A stretch of 61,680 bases of DNA, the filler included, from Choristocarpus tenellus KU-1152 (taxonomy: Eukaryota; Protista; Phaeophyceae), in NCBI GenBank assembly GCA_964200185.2. It is 12 parts of 12 records of this genome, joined end to end, with 100 filler letters (N's around TTAATTAATTAA, not from the genome) between each part and the next. Parts side by side here need not be neighbours in the genome. Positions count along the whole stretch, not along the records: positions 36,604 to 39,883 come from CAXNAD020021069.1; positions 39,984 to 42,513 come from CAXNAD020027024.1; positions 42,614 to 55,698 come from CAXNAD020001590.1; 9 more parts are not named here. One strand, written 5' to 3'. The position numbers and the translations under genes are program-made. The notes under the pieces are model-generated. The model saw only the letters and a program-made list of their open reading frames with translations, was not told where the DNA came from and did no database searches. This document shows, piece by piece, positions 37,924 through 50,196 of the stretch. The stretch's first letter is position 1, and every line of letters begins with the position of its first letter.

Positions 37924-39278
37924 TACATCCCTCTCAACCGTGAGCAATCAAGAGGGCAAGTGGGTGGGAAAGATTTATCAGAGGCTGCCATGATCTTGCC
38001 CCTCCTTGCCCTACCCCTCCACCCTTTTCTTTATCTTTCACTCTACCCCATTCCTTATTATCCCATGCCCCCATCTACCACTCGTTCCTTTTAACTTCTC
38101 GTATACTTCTCCTACGTCTCAGTCATCCAGTCTATAACCTTTCGTTCAATTCATTTCTGTCCTTGCCAAGACTCAGCTCACCATACATACCCCCTCTACG
38201 AAGTCTCACGCCCACAAAACTAAGATTACCTCATAACTCCCCATTGTAGATGCTGCAAAATATCAGAGGGCACAATAATATATATATGAAACAATGCATA
38301 CATTGTTGTATTTTTCAACTTCAATTATTAAGACAAGGGAATGAGGATGGGACTGTGATGGAGGAGGGAGACCATAACACACAGGACAAGCCAGGTTTCG
38401 TCGGGAATGGGTCTCCCCCTTTCAACGGGGATGGGGAGGAAACAGGAGAGCCTGCAACAGGGTCATCACTGGGATCCTACAGCCAGCTTCCCCCACCTGG
38501 GACCCTAACCTATGTCCTCAGCAACCACACCACCTGACATCGGAATCTTGTACCATCTGCATCTCCCAGATAGAAAGACCAGTATTCTCCTTCACCTGTC
38601 CATACACCCTTGACCTGGGCTGTGCCTTGGCCCTTTATCTCCACGCCTGCCCCCAACACCCCATCTCATGCCCCACCTGCTGCGCCCCTGCCACTCCCAA
38701 ATTATATTACACTGACATGGAGAGGAGTGTGGAAACCGAGCCATCCTCGAATTCATCCACACATGATCATCCTCTGCCCCCTGTGCCATCCCAACCTTTG
38801 GGCTACTCTCTATCTCGCGCCCTTACCCCCCAGTCCCTTCCCCTCCATTCCCTCCCTGCCCAAGTTGCCTAGAGCTGGTCCACCCCCTAACTATCGGGGT
38901 ATCCTCCCTTAGGGTTGCTCGCTCCACCCCACCTGTATGGTCAGCCTCTGTGAAAATCCAAACCAACCTTTCCCAAGCCCTCTCTGTAGAACACACTCAC
39001 CTATTCCCATCCTCTCAACCTAACCCACACCACCTTCGCCATCCAAAGACCCCACCCCCTCCCTAGCGAGCACATAGACCGTCTAAACTCATTGCACCGC
39101 AACCCAAAGTCACTTTTTCTTATCACACAACTTCCCAAGCAGAACTCACACCCCACCCACCTCACCCCAGAGGCCAGGGCAACCCTTCCGCCCACCCCCA
39201 AACCTGCCCTCAGCATCCCTGACCCTGACTTGGAGCAAGACCACGCCCCATTATCTCACCCACTAGTCCTGGAACTTT

Positions 39279-39532
39279 GAGTCGAAGTATCTTAGAGGGT
39301 AGGGCCGTGTCCGTTTGAGGTCCAAAATTCATGTTGCAATTTGATATAATTTCGGCTAGCGTTTTTTAGGAAGTGTCAATATCCTTCTTCTGGACACATC
39401 TTTCCATAACGTACACATTTTTCCTACTCTGAAATATTTCGGAGAATGAAAATGTAATAAAACATCCGTGGGAAGCCAAGTCCCAAATGGACAAACGGGG
39501 CAAAACTCGTACCCTCTAAGATACTTTCACTC
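39279..39532 (+). mobile_element. MITE family B, full-length (254 bp)
   Basis: TIRs GAGTCGAAGTATCTTAGAGGGTA ... TACCCTCTAAGATACTTTCACTC; flanks CTTT/CCTT (4-bp TSD with one mismatch). Confidence 0.9.
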
Positions 39533-40049
39533 CCTTGCCACCACCACCACTCTCCACCCCCCATGGCACATACAACACTACATCCGCCTGGATCACACAG
39601 AACAGTGGGCCCCCCACAGCATCCTGGCTCCATATTCCCCTTCTTTTAGATGCCGTCAGCTTCCTATCCAATGCCTTCCTTTCTGTCCCACATCCACGAG
39701 GATGGGTGGGTCGTGTGTTTGTGCTATGCAATACCCTCTAAGTTGTGGGGGGGATAGTGCTGGGTTTGACCAGATTCGCTCCTGCTGGGAGTTCACCCCT
39801 GGAGGGGTGACATACATACCTCTCACAATCAAAGAGTACCTCCTGGACAAATAGTAGCTCAGAGTGGCTGAAATTGCCCAGTGNNNNNNNNNNNNNNNNN
39901 NNNNNNNNNNNNNNNNNNNNNNNNNNNTTAATTAATTAANNNNNNNNNNNNNNNNNNNNNNNNNNNNNNNNNNNNNNNNNNNNCCCCCTCCCCTTTTGGA
40001 ACCTTGGGTTAAACACCCCCCCCCCCCCCCCCCCAGATACTTTGGGTCA

Positions 40050-42100
40050 AGTGTTTGGGTGGTTGGGAATATGTATAGCAAAACACGTCTATCGAAGATA
40101 CGACTCGATCTATAGTTCAACTCACCTGATACATGTTCAAAATAGCGAGCTTTCATCAGTGACAGAGTTTTCTCGGGCGTGTCATCCATAATTTCTGTGC
40201 AAAGGTGTGTGGCCAAAGAAAGGAAAGTGGCGGGATTGACGCAGATTTACGACGAGATCAGACTTCGCACGCCCCTTATCGATGGTCTGTGACGATGATG
40301 CCTTCTGACCGAGGAAACAGATCAATGCAAAGTCAAATAAGGTAGGCCAAACCCTTCATTCGGGGCGCTCCATGCCCAGGAACTGTTTGGGAGAGTAGCG
40401 ATCTATTCTGCTGTGAGAAAGATCAACAAGATTTTCTTCATATGCAGTACACGAAACTCGTGAACGGTAGAGTTGGTGGTTTATTAAAACAATTGGATCA
40501 CGAATCAGTTTAGATGCACAAAATAAGGGAAGGCGTTTTAGTAGGGAAAAAAGCATTTTGTTTGGGTGACTATCCACTTCAGGAGTAAGACACAGGAAGG
40601 AGAGATTATTAGACAACACATCAAGGTTTTAGGAGTTCTCATCTGTGCTTGCGTCCAGCTTGGGCGAGAGACGGTTACTGGTCAAAAGTAAGGCGGAAGT
40701 GGGAAAGAATCAAGTCTGGTATTGGGGTGAGGCTCTGTGAAGGCGCGCGGCAGTCATGCGGCTCACTGCTGATGTGATCTTGGTGAGTTTAGACACAACT
40801 GAAAAGAGATTCTGCTATAAAGTTGGAGCCATGGGATATTTCTCTAGCAATTGTTTCAGTCCTTTGGGCCGAAAGTATCTGTCGGAGGTGCTTTGATTTG
40901 CTTTTGAGGATTGTTATCACCCCCTTAACTTTGGATGGTGTGGGGAAACACTGTTTGCAAAGTGCAAGATGTTGCCTTGCAACCTACCTGATGATGTGAC
41001 GCCCATGGACGTCCGAGGAGCCTGCTCGACATGTCATTTACCCAAGATTTTTGATAAGATGATAACTTATTTCGGCACCTTGCTAGGCTTATAGACCGAA
41101 GGTCCTCTCCTCTGCCAATTCCACGTCTTCTTGAAGCGTTTCGCCTTGCGGGGCCGCTGTCAATGGTGGTTATTTCCAAATTTTCATTCTGTAGCTCACA
41201 ACACTCCCTTGTTCCCCATCGTAATAACCTGTTAGCATGCCCGTGCAAGCATCAACCCTTGTGATGAGCGGGAGCTAGACTTGAGAGGATACAAGATACC
41301 AATGATTGAGAATCTCGGGGTGAGTAAACCTAGTTGATTTGTACTACTTTCCCCTGTGCCAGCTGTTGATTCCTCCTTTGTTGCCTTCGATTCTTCCTGT
41401 ACCCTAGGATCATGAGGATCAACAACGGCCCATAGGTGGTTGGCACTAGGATACTTCTAGCAAGGGTTTGTCGTGGGGTGTGAGCTACGGTGTGGACTCG
41501 CAAATGAAGCTTCAGTCCTTCTACTGAGCGTAAACCCTGACAAGAAACAGATAGTGTGGCGGAAGGACGTTATCGAGGGTGCAAGTGCTATGAGCATTGA
41601 TTCTCGGTGGCTTCCACGATGAGGTTATCTTGGATCAGAATTGTGTTGAGTTGTAGAGGTGGAATATCACCCTATTTTCTCCCCCCCTCTTGGAAAATAA
41701 TCTCTGGAGTTTAGGAACTCTTGGCTCGCTCAAATGGTGGGCTGACCTGCAACCAACCGCACGCAGGTTGTGGTGGACCTTAAACACTGCAGCTACTGAC
41801 ACTCTTGAGCATCTTGTTGTGTGCCACATCTCACAACCCGACTCCAAACAAACTTACTAGTCAATCAACTCCTAAATTTGCTGCGTGTGGGAAAGTATCA
41901 CCTTCATCCATCAATTCCATTTCCTTCACTAGTCCACCCAAGAAGATGAAACAACCGCCCTTAATAGAAGTCTGTGGTTTTATAGGAGAAACAAGACTTA
42001 GGTCTCTCGTCCACCATATAAAGTGTACACCCCTTCTACAGGTGAAAATATGGGAGTGGTAGGTTTGTTGATCAGGGGGTGCCATATTTTTGCTGTTGTT
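40050..42100 (-). mobile_element. Decayed Ty3/gypsy pol relic (RT, RNase H, integrase Zn-binding region)
   Basis: Gypsy order on the minus strand: KLSSYQKSWV..LLG (RT end), DPIVLINHQL...TAYE (cf. RPIAFxSRQL...YxxxE of RNase H), PEKTLSLMKARYF (cf. GxEKTLxxIxxRYYW). Confidence 0.5.
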
Positions 42101-43067
42101 CCTCTTCTCTGGTTTGGTTTCTCATGCTTTTTCTACCTGTGTTTCACTTCAGGTGTGTTATCCTGCTGCTGCTGGAACAAATATCCATTTCCTTTCCCCT
42201 TTTGTTAACTCCCACCGAGGTGTGCTTTTGTTAACTCCCTGAGTCGATGTGGAAAACGGCAATCACTTGGATTCTCCTATTTTTACTACAATAAACGTCA
42301 GTAATAATTCCTTTTAATTCCAATTTTGTGTACTTGTAGTATGAAATATCTCATGAAATTTCTAGTCTCTTTTTGTTTTCAAGTGAAGTGCTACTTTATG
42401 AATGAGCACCTTGGAGCAAGTCTTCTTGACTCTCCCCATCTCCCCCCGCCCGCTCCTCCCCCTCCACCCCCGCCTCGCCGCGCCCCGCGCTCCGGCCCCC
42501 CCGCCCCCTCCTCNNNNNNNNNNNNNNNNNNNNNNNNNNNNNNNNNNNNNNNNNNNNTTAATTAATTAANNNNNNNNNNNNNNNNNNNNNNNNNNNNNNN
42601 NNNNNNNNNNNNNCCTGTGAGCACACACACGGGTGACTCATACAGCAACATGGACTATGACAGTGAGACAAGGAGAGCCGCCGAGGCCACTCTGCCCCCT
42701 TGATCTACCCTCGGCACCTCCTCTCTTGCCTTTCAACAGAAAAACAAGTACCATGTGAAACTCAGCGCGATTAGGTGACGAGAAAGTGTGTGTACTGTGG
42801 CGCAGCAGCATGATCAAATCGTGCAATGGACCATGCGGCTGCGACACTGACACAGAGAGGAAAATGCATTGAAAGCGTTACCACACAAGCATGGTTGGAT
42901 CTTCAACCGCTGCGGAGCACTGCTCCGTAGTCTCTGCCACTGCGTGAAAGCAGGGAAGAGAGAGCGGTGAGTTCATCAGCAGGTGGTACAGGGACGAAGT
43001 CTGTGATGAAGCCTGGTCACGGTGGGCGAAGGGAGAACCAGGGAGGCCGTCCAAAGGGAAGGTTGGA

Positions 43068-43486
43068 GGGGAGTCTACACCAGAGTGTTCGTTTGGACAA
43101 AACGAGTGAAAGTATCTTAGAGGGTACGGGTTTTGTCCTGTTTGTCCATCTGGGGCTTGGCTTCCCACAAGTTTTTTTATGACATTTTTCCTCATCTGAA
43201 ATGTTTCGGAGTAGGTAAAAGAATACTTTATGAAAAGGTGTATTTGGTACAAGGATATTGACATCTCCTAACAAACACGATAACCAAAATTACATCAAAA
43301 TCGCAACATTGGATTTTGGCCCCCAAATGGACGACGCGGCTCTACCCTCTAAGATAATTTGACTCAAACCAGGAAAAGTATCCTTTCATTATCCATCGAA
43401 CGTATGGAACCAAATCACCCAAAAATCGCGACATGAAAAAATTGACCCCAAATAGACAGCCGCCACCCCCCCCAGATACTTTGACG
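43068..43486 (-). mobile_element. MITE family A copy interrupted by a nested MITE B
   Basis: gtctacaccagagtgttcgtttggac before, and ccaggaaaagtatcc...cccagatactttgacgc after, the B insertion rejoin into the family A sequence. Confidence 0.85.
43104..43365 (-). mobile_element. MITE family B, full-length (262 bp), perfect 4-bp TSD AAAC
   Basis: AAAC|GAGTGAAAGTATCTTAGAGGGTA ... TACCCTCTAAGATAATTTGACTC|AAAC; reverse orientation relative to 39279-39532. Confidence 0.92.
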
Positions 43487-46247
43487 CAACAGTGCAACTG
43501 CGTGCCAATGCATTCAGGAAATGCCTAAGCGAAAACCCAAGTGTAGAATATCTCAGTAGTCGACAGTTGCGGCAGACCCCGACTGTTTGGAAGCTATATG
43601 AGCCGGAGTGGCTTAGGGAAACGAGAAAGAAGGTGTTAGGGTTGGACTACAAGGGCTATGAAGCCTGAAAGAATGTCAAAAGGGCTCGCAAGGCGGAGGA
43701 GAAAGCAATCGTAACAAAGGCAGCTGTGGAGACATTTCGCTACCATCAAATCCTTCACTTTTTTAAGGAGGTCGCGAAGCAGTTGGAGGTAGCCACTGAT
43801 GAGGACGCCAGGGAAGAAGAGAAAGTGAGATTGAGACTATCTGCCCACTGGTGGTTTGGTGTGAAAGGTATTGCAAGATGCCGTACATTCTCTTTTGTTC
43901 CTCGACTTAGGGTTGGACGTATAGAGTTGATTAAGGCTTTCTCCCTGCCTGCATTTATTTGAGAAATCAACACAATTTTCGATCAACTCAAGCCTGTACT
44001 CCCTCGCCCTTGCGCCTTGATGACACAAAATATAAGCCGTCCAGAAAACACGGACAACGCCCGTTTCTGGCGCTCAACAAGGAAATGTGATAGAAAAAGA
44101 CTCTAACACGGCAAATTCTGTACTGTGTATGAACGACGGGAAAGACCATCAAATGGCGCTCGAGATGGCAGCAGGATAAGCGCGATGGTCAGGTCGGAAA
44201 CTGGGAGTAAATGAGAGAGAGAGAGAGATCCTAACTAAGGAGGGCCACATCAAGGTGTTGGGGTATGGGCTCTACGAGAGGTGTTTCGTTCTTGGCCTCG
44301 ACAAGGATATCCTTCCCGAGGTCAATAAGTGGGTGCGCGGACACACAGGAAGAAAGAGTGGAGAGGCTTTTCTCGCCCAAACAAGTATACTTCAATCAAG
44401 TGATAGTGCATCTGTTGTCACTCATGGTGACCTACAACACAGGGTTCGAGCGCCCCTATATTAGCCCTCTTTCTTCAAAAATACAAAACATCGTGCAAAA
44501 AAAAAATGATGTGCGTACTCTAGAGGACCTTGTGACGGGCATCACGAATATGCTTTTAATTTTTTAATCCGATCTTACATCAAAAGTTATGACCTGACAA
44601 CCCCAGAGAGCGAAGCTACTGGTACAATGTATCTCCAAACTATCTCCAACATAAAACATACTCCAGTAAATGATCAGAGTACGCATGATATACATGCTAA
44701 TTATGCTCGTTGACTTGTTGCAGGGATTGTCATGTAGGAAAAGCCTCGAATATTTCGAGGAGAAGGCAACAATGATGAATAGTAGCAAAAATTGAGACGA
44801 AAGACACGTGTAGAAAGCAGGTTTGTCTGTTGTAATACCGTTATTGCCGTATGCGATACACCGTCATACCGATTAGAGTTGTTTTCTGATAACTTCCGTC
44901 CAACCGTGTGGAGGTTCTTTGGAGGGATAGGTTCCCTTGTCTTCTCGTAATGCCTTCTTTTGAGTACGTTTTTCCGAAGGCGGATCTCCCATCTCTATAA
45001 AAGGGTTTATTTTCTGAAACCCATCCGAACCGTGATCCTCCCCATTTCCTCAGTTCCCCATTAGTTCCTGCAAGTCCTTACGGTCTTGCATTTGTCCGAC
45101 CTTCACCTGGTCCTCTCGGTTACGGTTCGTCTTCGTTCGTCTGGTCCGTCTTGCCCAGTGATTCTCTTCACCACCCTTCCTTGACTGAGTGAACCACAAC
45201 ACAATCAAACGATTCATACATGTAGAGAATGCCACACAACGCACAAAAAATCCCAGCTTGAAATCTGGTCACTCGCATTTTACGATCTGCTCATTTCCAC
45301 TCGCGTATTTTCGATTTCAGGAAGGATTGTATCAGAAATACCAACCACATACTCAGTGTATATTTGAATAAATAGACCAGAAAAAAATATAGAAACTCCT
45401 AATAAACTATGAACAAAATATATGTGATGGAAATATTGTGCACCTCGACACCTTCTTTATTATATTATCATGCCCTCTCATGTGTTGCAGATGTTTCGGG
45501 GGGAAAGCCAAACCAATATCTCAAGGACCCCTGTAAAAAGTATCGGTTGTCGCAAATGTGAAAAGTATCTCCCAAATCTATTCATCACCATTTCAGTATC
45601 AGCTATAATACAACGCTCCCATAAAGGCTCGTAATTGCAGTGTGATGTGTACACTACTGCTGTGCCTCCAACCTAGCTTACCCCTACACAATTAATTGGG
45701 TGAGAATCTATGTGAGAATCCCAAGAATTTGACACCTGTCAATATTTCTACCTTCTGTACCAAAACAAGCAATCAATAAATAAAAAAGAGGAAGACATTA
45801 CAACAACTAAGTCGGACATTAACGATTGGTCGGTATCTTTATTGTTCCCCTCTGTTTCTTCAACATTTGTCTTGTACTACTGTAAGAATGGTCCGTCCGT
45901 TCATTGCTTTTCCCCTCACGCATAAGAGTATCACAAACAAACAAAAATATACATTTACATAATCACAATAGTGATACTTCCACACAAAATATTATTGTAA
46001 TTCCTTTCACCTACTATTGAGATATTGGAATACATATACTACAATATATCATTATTGATAGCATTCTTCAACTACGAACAATCATTACATATATTATCAC
46101 GTTGATATATGTACAACTGACAACACAATTTCATTCACTTGATATAATATAATTACCTCCTCCCAATTCAGCGCTTCCCCATTACCGTACTTGGTGCGCA
46201 TCCAGGATACGGATATCGACGATGCCTGGTTGTGGGCTGAGACAGCT

Positions 46248-48975
46248 ATGGTGCTGGAAGGGTCGGGGGGCTGGACAACACAACGCACGAAGGTCGGGCT
46301 TAGGGAGGAGGCAACGCAACAGAGAAGCGATGGTAAGCCGATCCTCAATCCTCCCGTCACGGATGCGGAGCACCCCGTGAACCACGTCCAATTTCAGATC
46401 GGGGTTGTCTTCTCGCAAAATATATAGTCCTCAGTTTGGTAGTATCGTACTGATCAAAGTAGTCCCAGCTCTTTCAAGTTCGCTGAAGTTTACAAGGAAG
46501 GTGGAGGATCAAGATTCGCAACGGGTAAGTCCCCGTTTCGATAGAAGGTCCGTCGGGTTACCCGTACTCGCGGCTTGAAAGTGGTGGCTCACTGCGACTA
46601 ACCCTTCCTGTGATTCATGTGGCTCGCACCTGTGCTGTGTTTCGCACAATGATTGCTACCGTTGAAGCTAAAGATCGACGAACTTGAGGCGCATGTGGAT
46701 GCGCTATCGCAAGCGGCAGACAGAGGGAAGAGAAAGGCCATTTGGGAGGCGGCTGCTTCGGTGGCCAGGGAGAGGAGTTTGGTCGCAGAGATCAAGGCCA
46801 AATCGGCCGTAGAACAAAACGTCATTAGCAATGATCACGAGACCGAGATCACTCGTTTGAAGGAAAAAATCTGCAGAATGGATATACAATTAGACGAGAC
46901 CAAGGCCGAAGCTGCCGAGGAAAAAGACAAGATGCGGGCCGATCACGCGATGCAGATCGCTCTCATGCGAAGAAGAATGAGCAGAATGGAGAGACTCCAC
47001 AACGAGTCGGTTGAGGACCTCGAGGAAGAGCTCAGTGTAGCCAAAGAGGTAATGGAACTCTCCCCTCCCGTATATATCCTCCTCGCGTTTGTGAATAGAA
47101 ATGCTAGGCCCCTCTCTATAGGATCTGGATTGATTTATTCCACCCCCCACCCCTGCTTTCATGGTCGCATCAGTGTGGCACCCCATCACTGTGAGTATAG
47201 TACAAGAGATTGGAAGTATAGGTTGCCAGTGATGCGTTCTTTTGCACTGGAATCCTGTACTAGATAGATGACTTACACAGGGTTATGGATCTAAATTGTA
47301 TACTGCAAATGGAGTATGTATGTTTCCTAGAAGAGTCCTCGTTCCCCTGTCCAGGACATTGATAAGGCTGAGGAAGATGTCGTAGAGATCACCGAGCTGC
47401 TTGACCTCTCTAGGACAGAGACTCTCAATCTGGAGAGGGTGGTCAAGGAAAAGGATGCATTGCTGGATTCATACAAAACGGATTTGCAGGTGTGTTGCTT
47501 AAGTAATATGATGAGATATTCATCAACTATGTCTTATGTTGCCTGTTGCCCCCCCTCCATTAGAAACTCAACATGAGGATAGCAGAAGACAATGCATCTA
47601 TGGCACATGGTATACTCTATGGAGCTGATGCCTAACCTTTGCTTTGTGATAGTTCTGCCATTGAGTATAATCTATTACCTTCAAGCTGAAAAAAAACATG
47701 GTGGTACTGTTTGTGCCCAATACCTAGTGTGTCTACACCTACATGCTACTAATAATCATCTGCGCTTTCTCCCCGTTGGATATTGGCAGCGAGCACTTGG
47801 AGCGTTTGAGGACATCAAACTTGTCTTCAGGAAGGAGTATGACGCTATCGAGGATCGCTGCATAGAGTTGAAAGCAACGCACGCTGAAAAGGAAAAGCAG
47901 CTTCAGAGAGCCGAGAAACGCAATATGGAACTGATGGTGAGATTGGTGGCATAATTTGATCTTCAATGATCTAGATTAGACACCCCCAAGCTTTCATTCT
48001 GCACTATTATACAATGTAACAACATCCTGGTCATTCATTGGAGTAGGATGTTTTCTATCGAGACAGCATGTGGAATATAGTGTATGTGTCCTCTTGTTTG
48101 TCTTGTACCAAACCAAATACTACTGAAGTGTATGGTATAGGTACAACAATGTGCATTGAATGCCTTCTCTGCTTCTCTGCTTCCGGTAACAAGTGTATCC
48201 CTTCCCTTCTCCACTCTTGTGATGCTTTTGAACTGAGGAGGCATACAAGCCAATCATCTCATGTAAATGAACAACAACACAGTTGCGAACTCATTGAGTG
48301 ACTCTTCCACTCCCCTCTCATCCCTCTCCATCTCCTACCTTCTTCTCTATCCTATTGCCAGAAAGCGTTGGAAGATCGAATCCCAGAGGTCTGTGGCCCA
48401 GAAATCCCCGGGTGAGTGTTGCCCCAAGGTCAATTATCATCTCATAGATTGTATTTTTTGGTCCTGGGTTTTCTACACCACTAATACATCACTGTAAGCC
48501 CTGACATCTTCTTGCTCCCCTGCCCACTGCCGTGTCGCATGCGCTTCCTGTTCCGTCTTTCCCCATGCTCATTATTCCCCACCCTTTCAGGTCAAACGGT
48601 CAATACTACCACTACCCACCAGGGTACAGGTCAAAGACACCACCCACCACTACCCGTAACAACGGCGAGACCTTCACGGAGGGTGTGAATGCATGCCAAA
48701 ACCCAACATTTTCCACAGGCAATATCACCGCAGCTTCTGGGTTCATGTTCACTGCTGGCTCATCTACACAGTCCTCCCTTCCCACAACCACGTCCAACAT
48801 GGCATCTTCCGACTTCAGCTTTGATTTTGGGATGTCCGAATCCAAGAACTCAGAATTCTCCACAGCCAAAGCTACTGAGTCCGTTTTCACCTTCAATTTT
48901 AAGGTGCCCAATTCCACCCTGAAGAACCCCTTCCTCAATGTGAGCAAGGCTCCTTCCGCATTTGGATTGGACTGA
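46248..48975 (+). CDS. Complete 7-exon gene for a 412-aa coiled-coil protein with an S/T/F-rich C-terminal tail. Exons 46248-46332, 46469-46524, 46668-47048, 47355-47489, 47790-47936, 48362-48411, 48591-48975
   Basis: All six introns are GT-AG with compatible phases; spliced length is 1239 nt from ATG to TGA; long E/K/L/A heptad region. Confidence 0.8.
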
Positions 48976-50103
48976 AGTGTCGGTGAGCATAAACCAGAGG
49001 ACCACCACCTCCTTCATGATGAGCAAGCCAGCTGCAGCTGAATTGGTCTAGGTGTTATGCAGGGATGAGTGCTGGGTGTCTCTCAGTCTGCCCCAGTGGC
49101 CTCTAATTATTGACTCCGGTTTACAACACTTCCGCACCGCGCTAAACCTGACTACACTGCCAACTTTTTGTTGTTGAATTCCATAGTATATATTTGATGG
49201 AATCATAAGAGTTGTTTACGTGGGTGTAGCCCAAGAGGTTAGGGTGTGTCGAAGAGGTCTTGCAAGGACAAAGAAGTAAAGAGAGTTCCACGGGTGTTTT
49301 GGGTTTGGAGATTGTGCGTCAATTTTGTCTTGAGGTAGTGTTTGGAGTCAGGGCGTGTACCAAGACTTGTGAATGGAAAAGAGAGATGTGTGTCGATGTG
49401 TATTTGGGGTAAGAATTGTACAGCAATAATATACTCCATGTCGTGACGTGAAATTAAAGTTATGTGAACAAGTACTTACGTTGCTTACTCTATGTTTGGT
49501 TATAAATAGTTGTTGCTTGGGTTGGTTGCAATTGGGAGAAAGAAGGGAATGTATTGCACAGCGGTTTCTGTTTGCAACGGTCTCTTGTTTGTGAACAAGG
49601 AATATTTGCTCTCTTTGATATTATTGGTTGGCAGTAACCTGTGGATTTGACTGAGTGAGGTGAACGGTGTGTTTCTGTTGTTGTAAAGTGGTGAGTGCAA
49701 CTGCTGTATGCACTTCCAAATGGTTTTTCCTTTGTCTCATGGGTAGCACAAGGCCCTCGTGGAGGAATGTCGTAATTCTTGGTGGAGGATATTTCTCTGT
49801 GCTCCTATGATGCGGAAGTGTGATGTCACAGAAGTGTGCTCAATGAGTGTTGCCACAAGTCACTTATCTAGACTTGGTGGGAGCTTAAATCATCCGTCTC
49901 ATATACAGCCCTTGAATACTGTGAACAATACCTTTGAATTGAATTGTGTCGTTATTGGCAAATGTCTTGTGTGTCGTGCTTGAGTCGGGTAAACGGAGTG
50001 TGATTTGCTGCACGTACTCAACTGTTTAATGCGTGCTTCTGCTTGTGCACAACATGTTGTTAACCCCCATCACAGCTCTACCTATTTGCGTCCTCTTAGG
50101 CAC

Positions 50104-50196
50104 AGCAATGGGCTAAGCGTTGACATTGGTTAAGGTAGGATTTGAAGCAATGGGCTATGCGTTGACATTGGTTACGGTAGAATTTGAAGCAATGGC
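50104..50196. repeat. 42-bp tandem repeat x ~2.2
   Basis: agcaatgggcta(a/t)gcgttgacattggtta(a/c)ggtag(g/a)atttga. Confidence 0.9.

Noticed and set aside
44230-44400. KEGHIKVLGYGL as a kinase DFG region
   Set aside because: No HRD, APE or other subdomains nearby; probably chance.
44900-45000. Minus-strand LKRRHYEK as ribosomal protein bS21
   Set aside because: Only a short motif; the flanking sequence does not fit.
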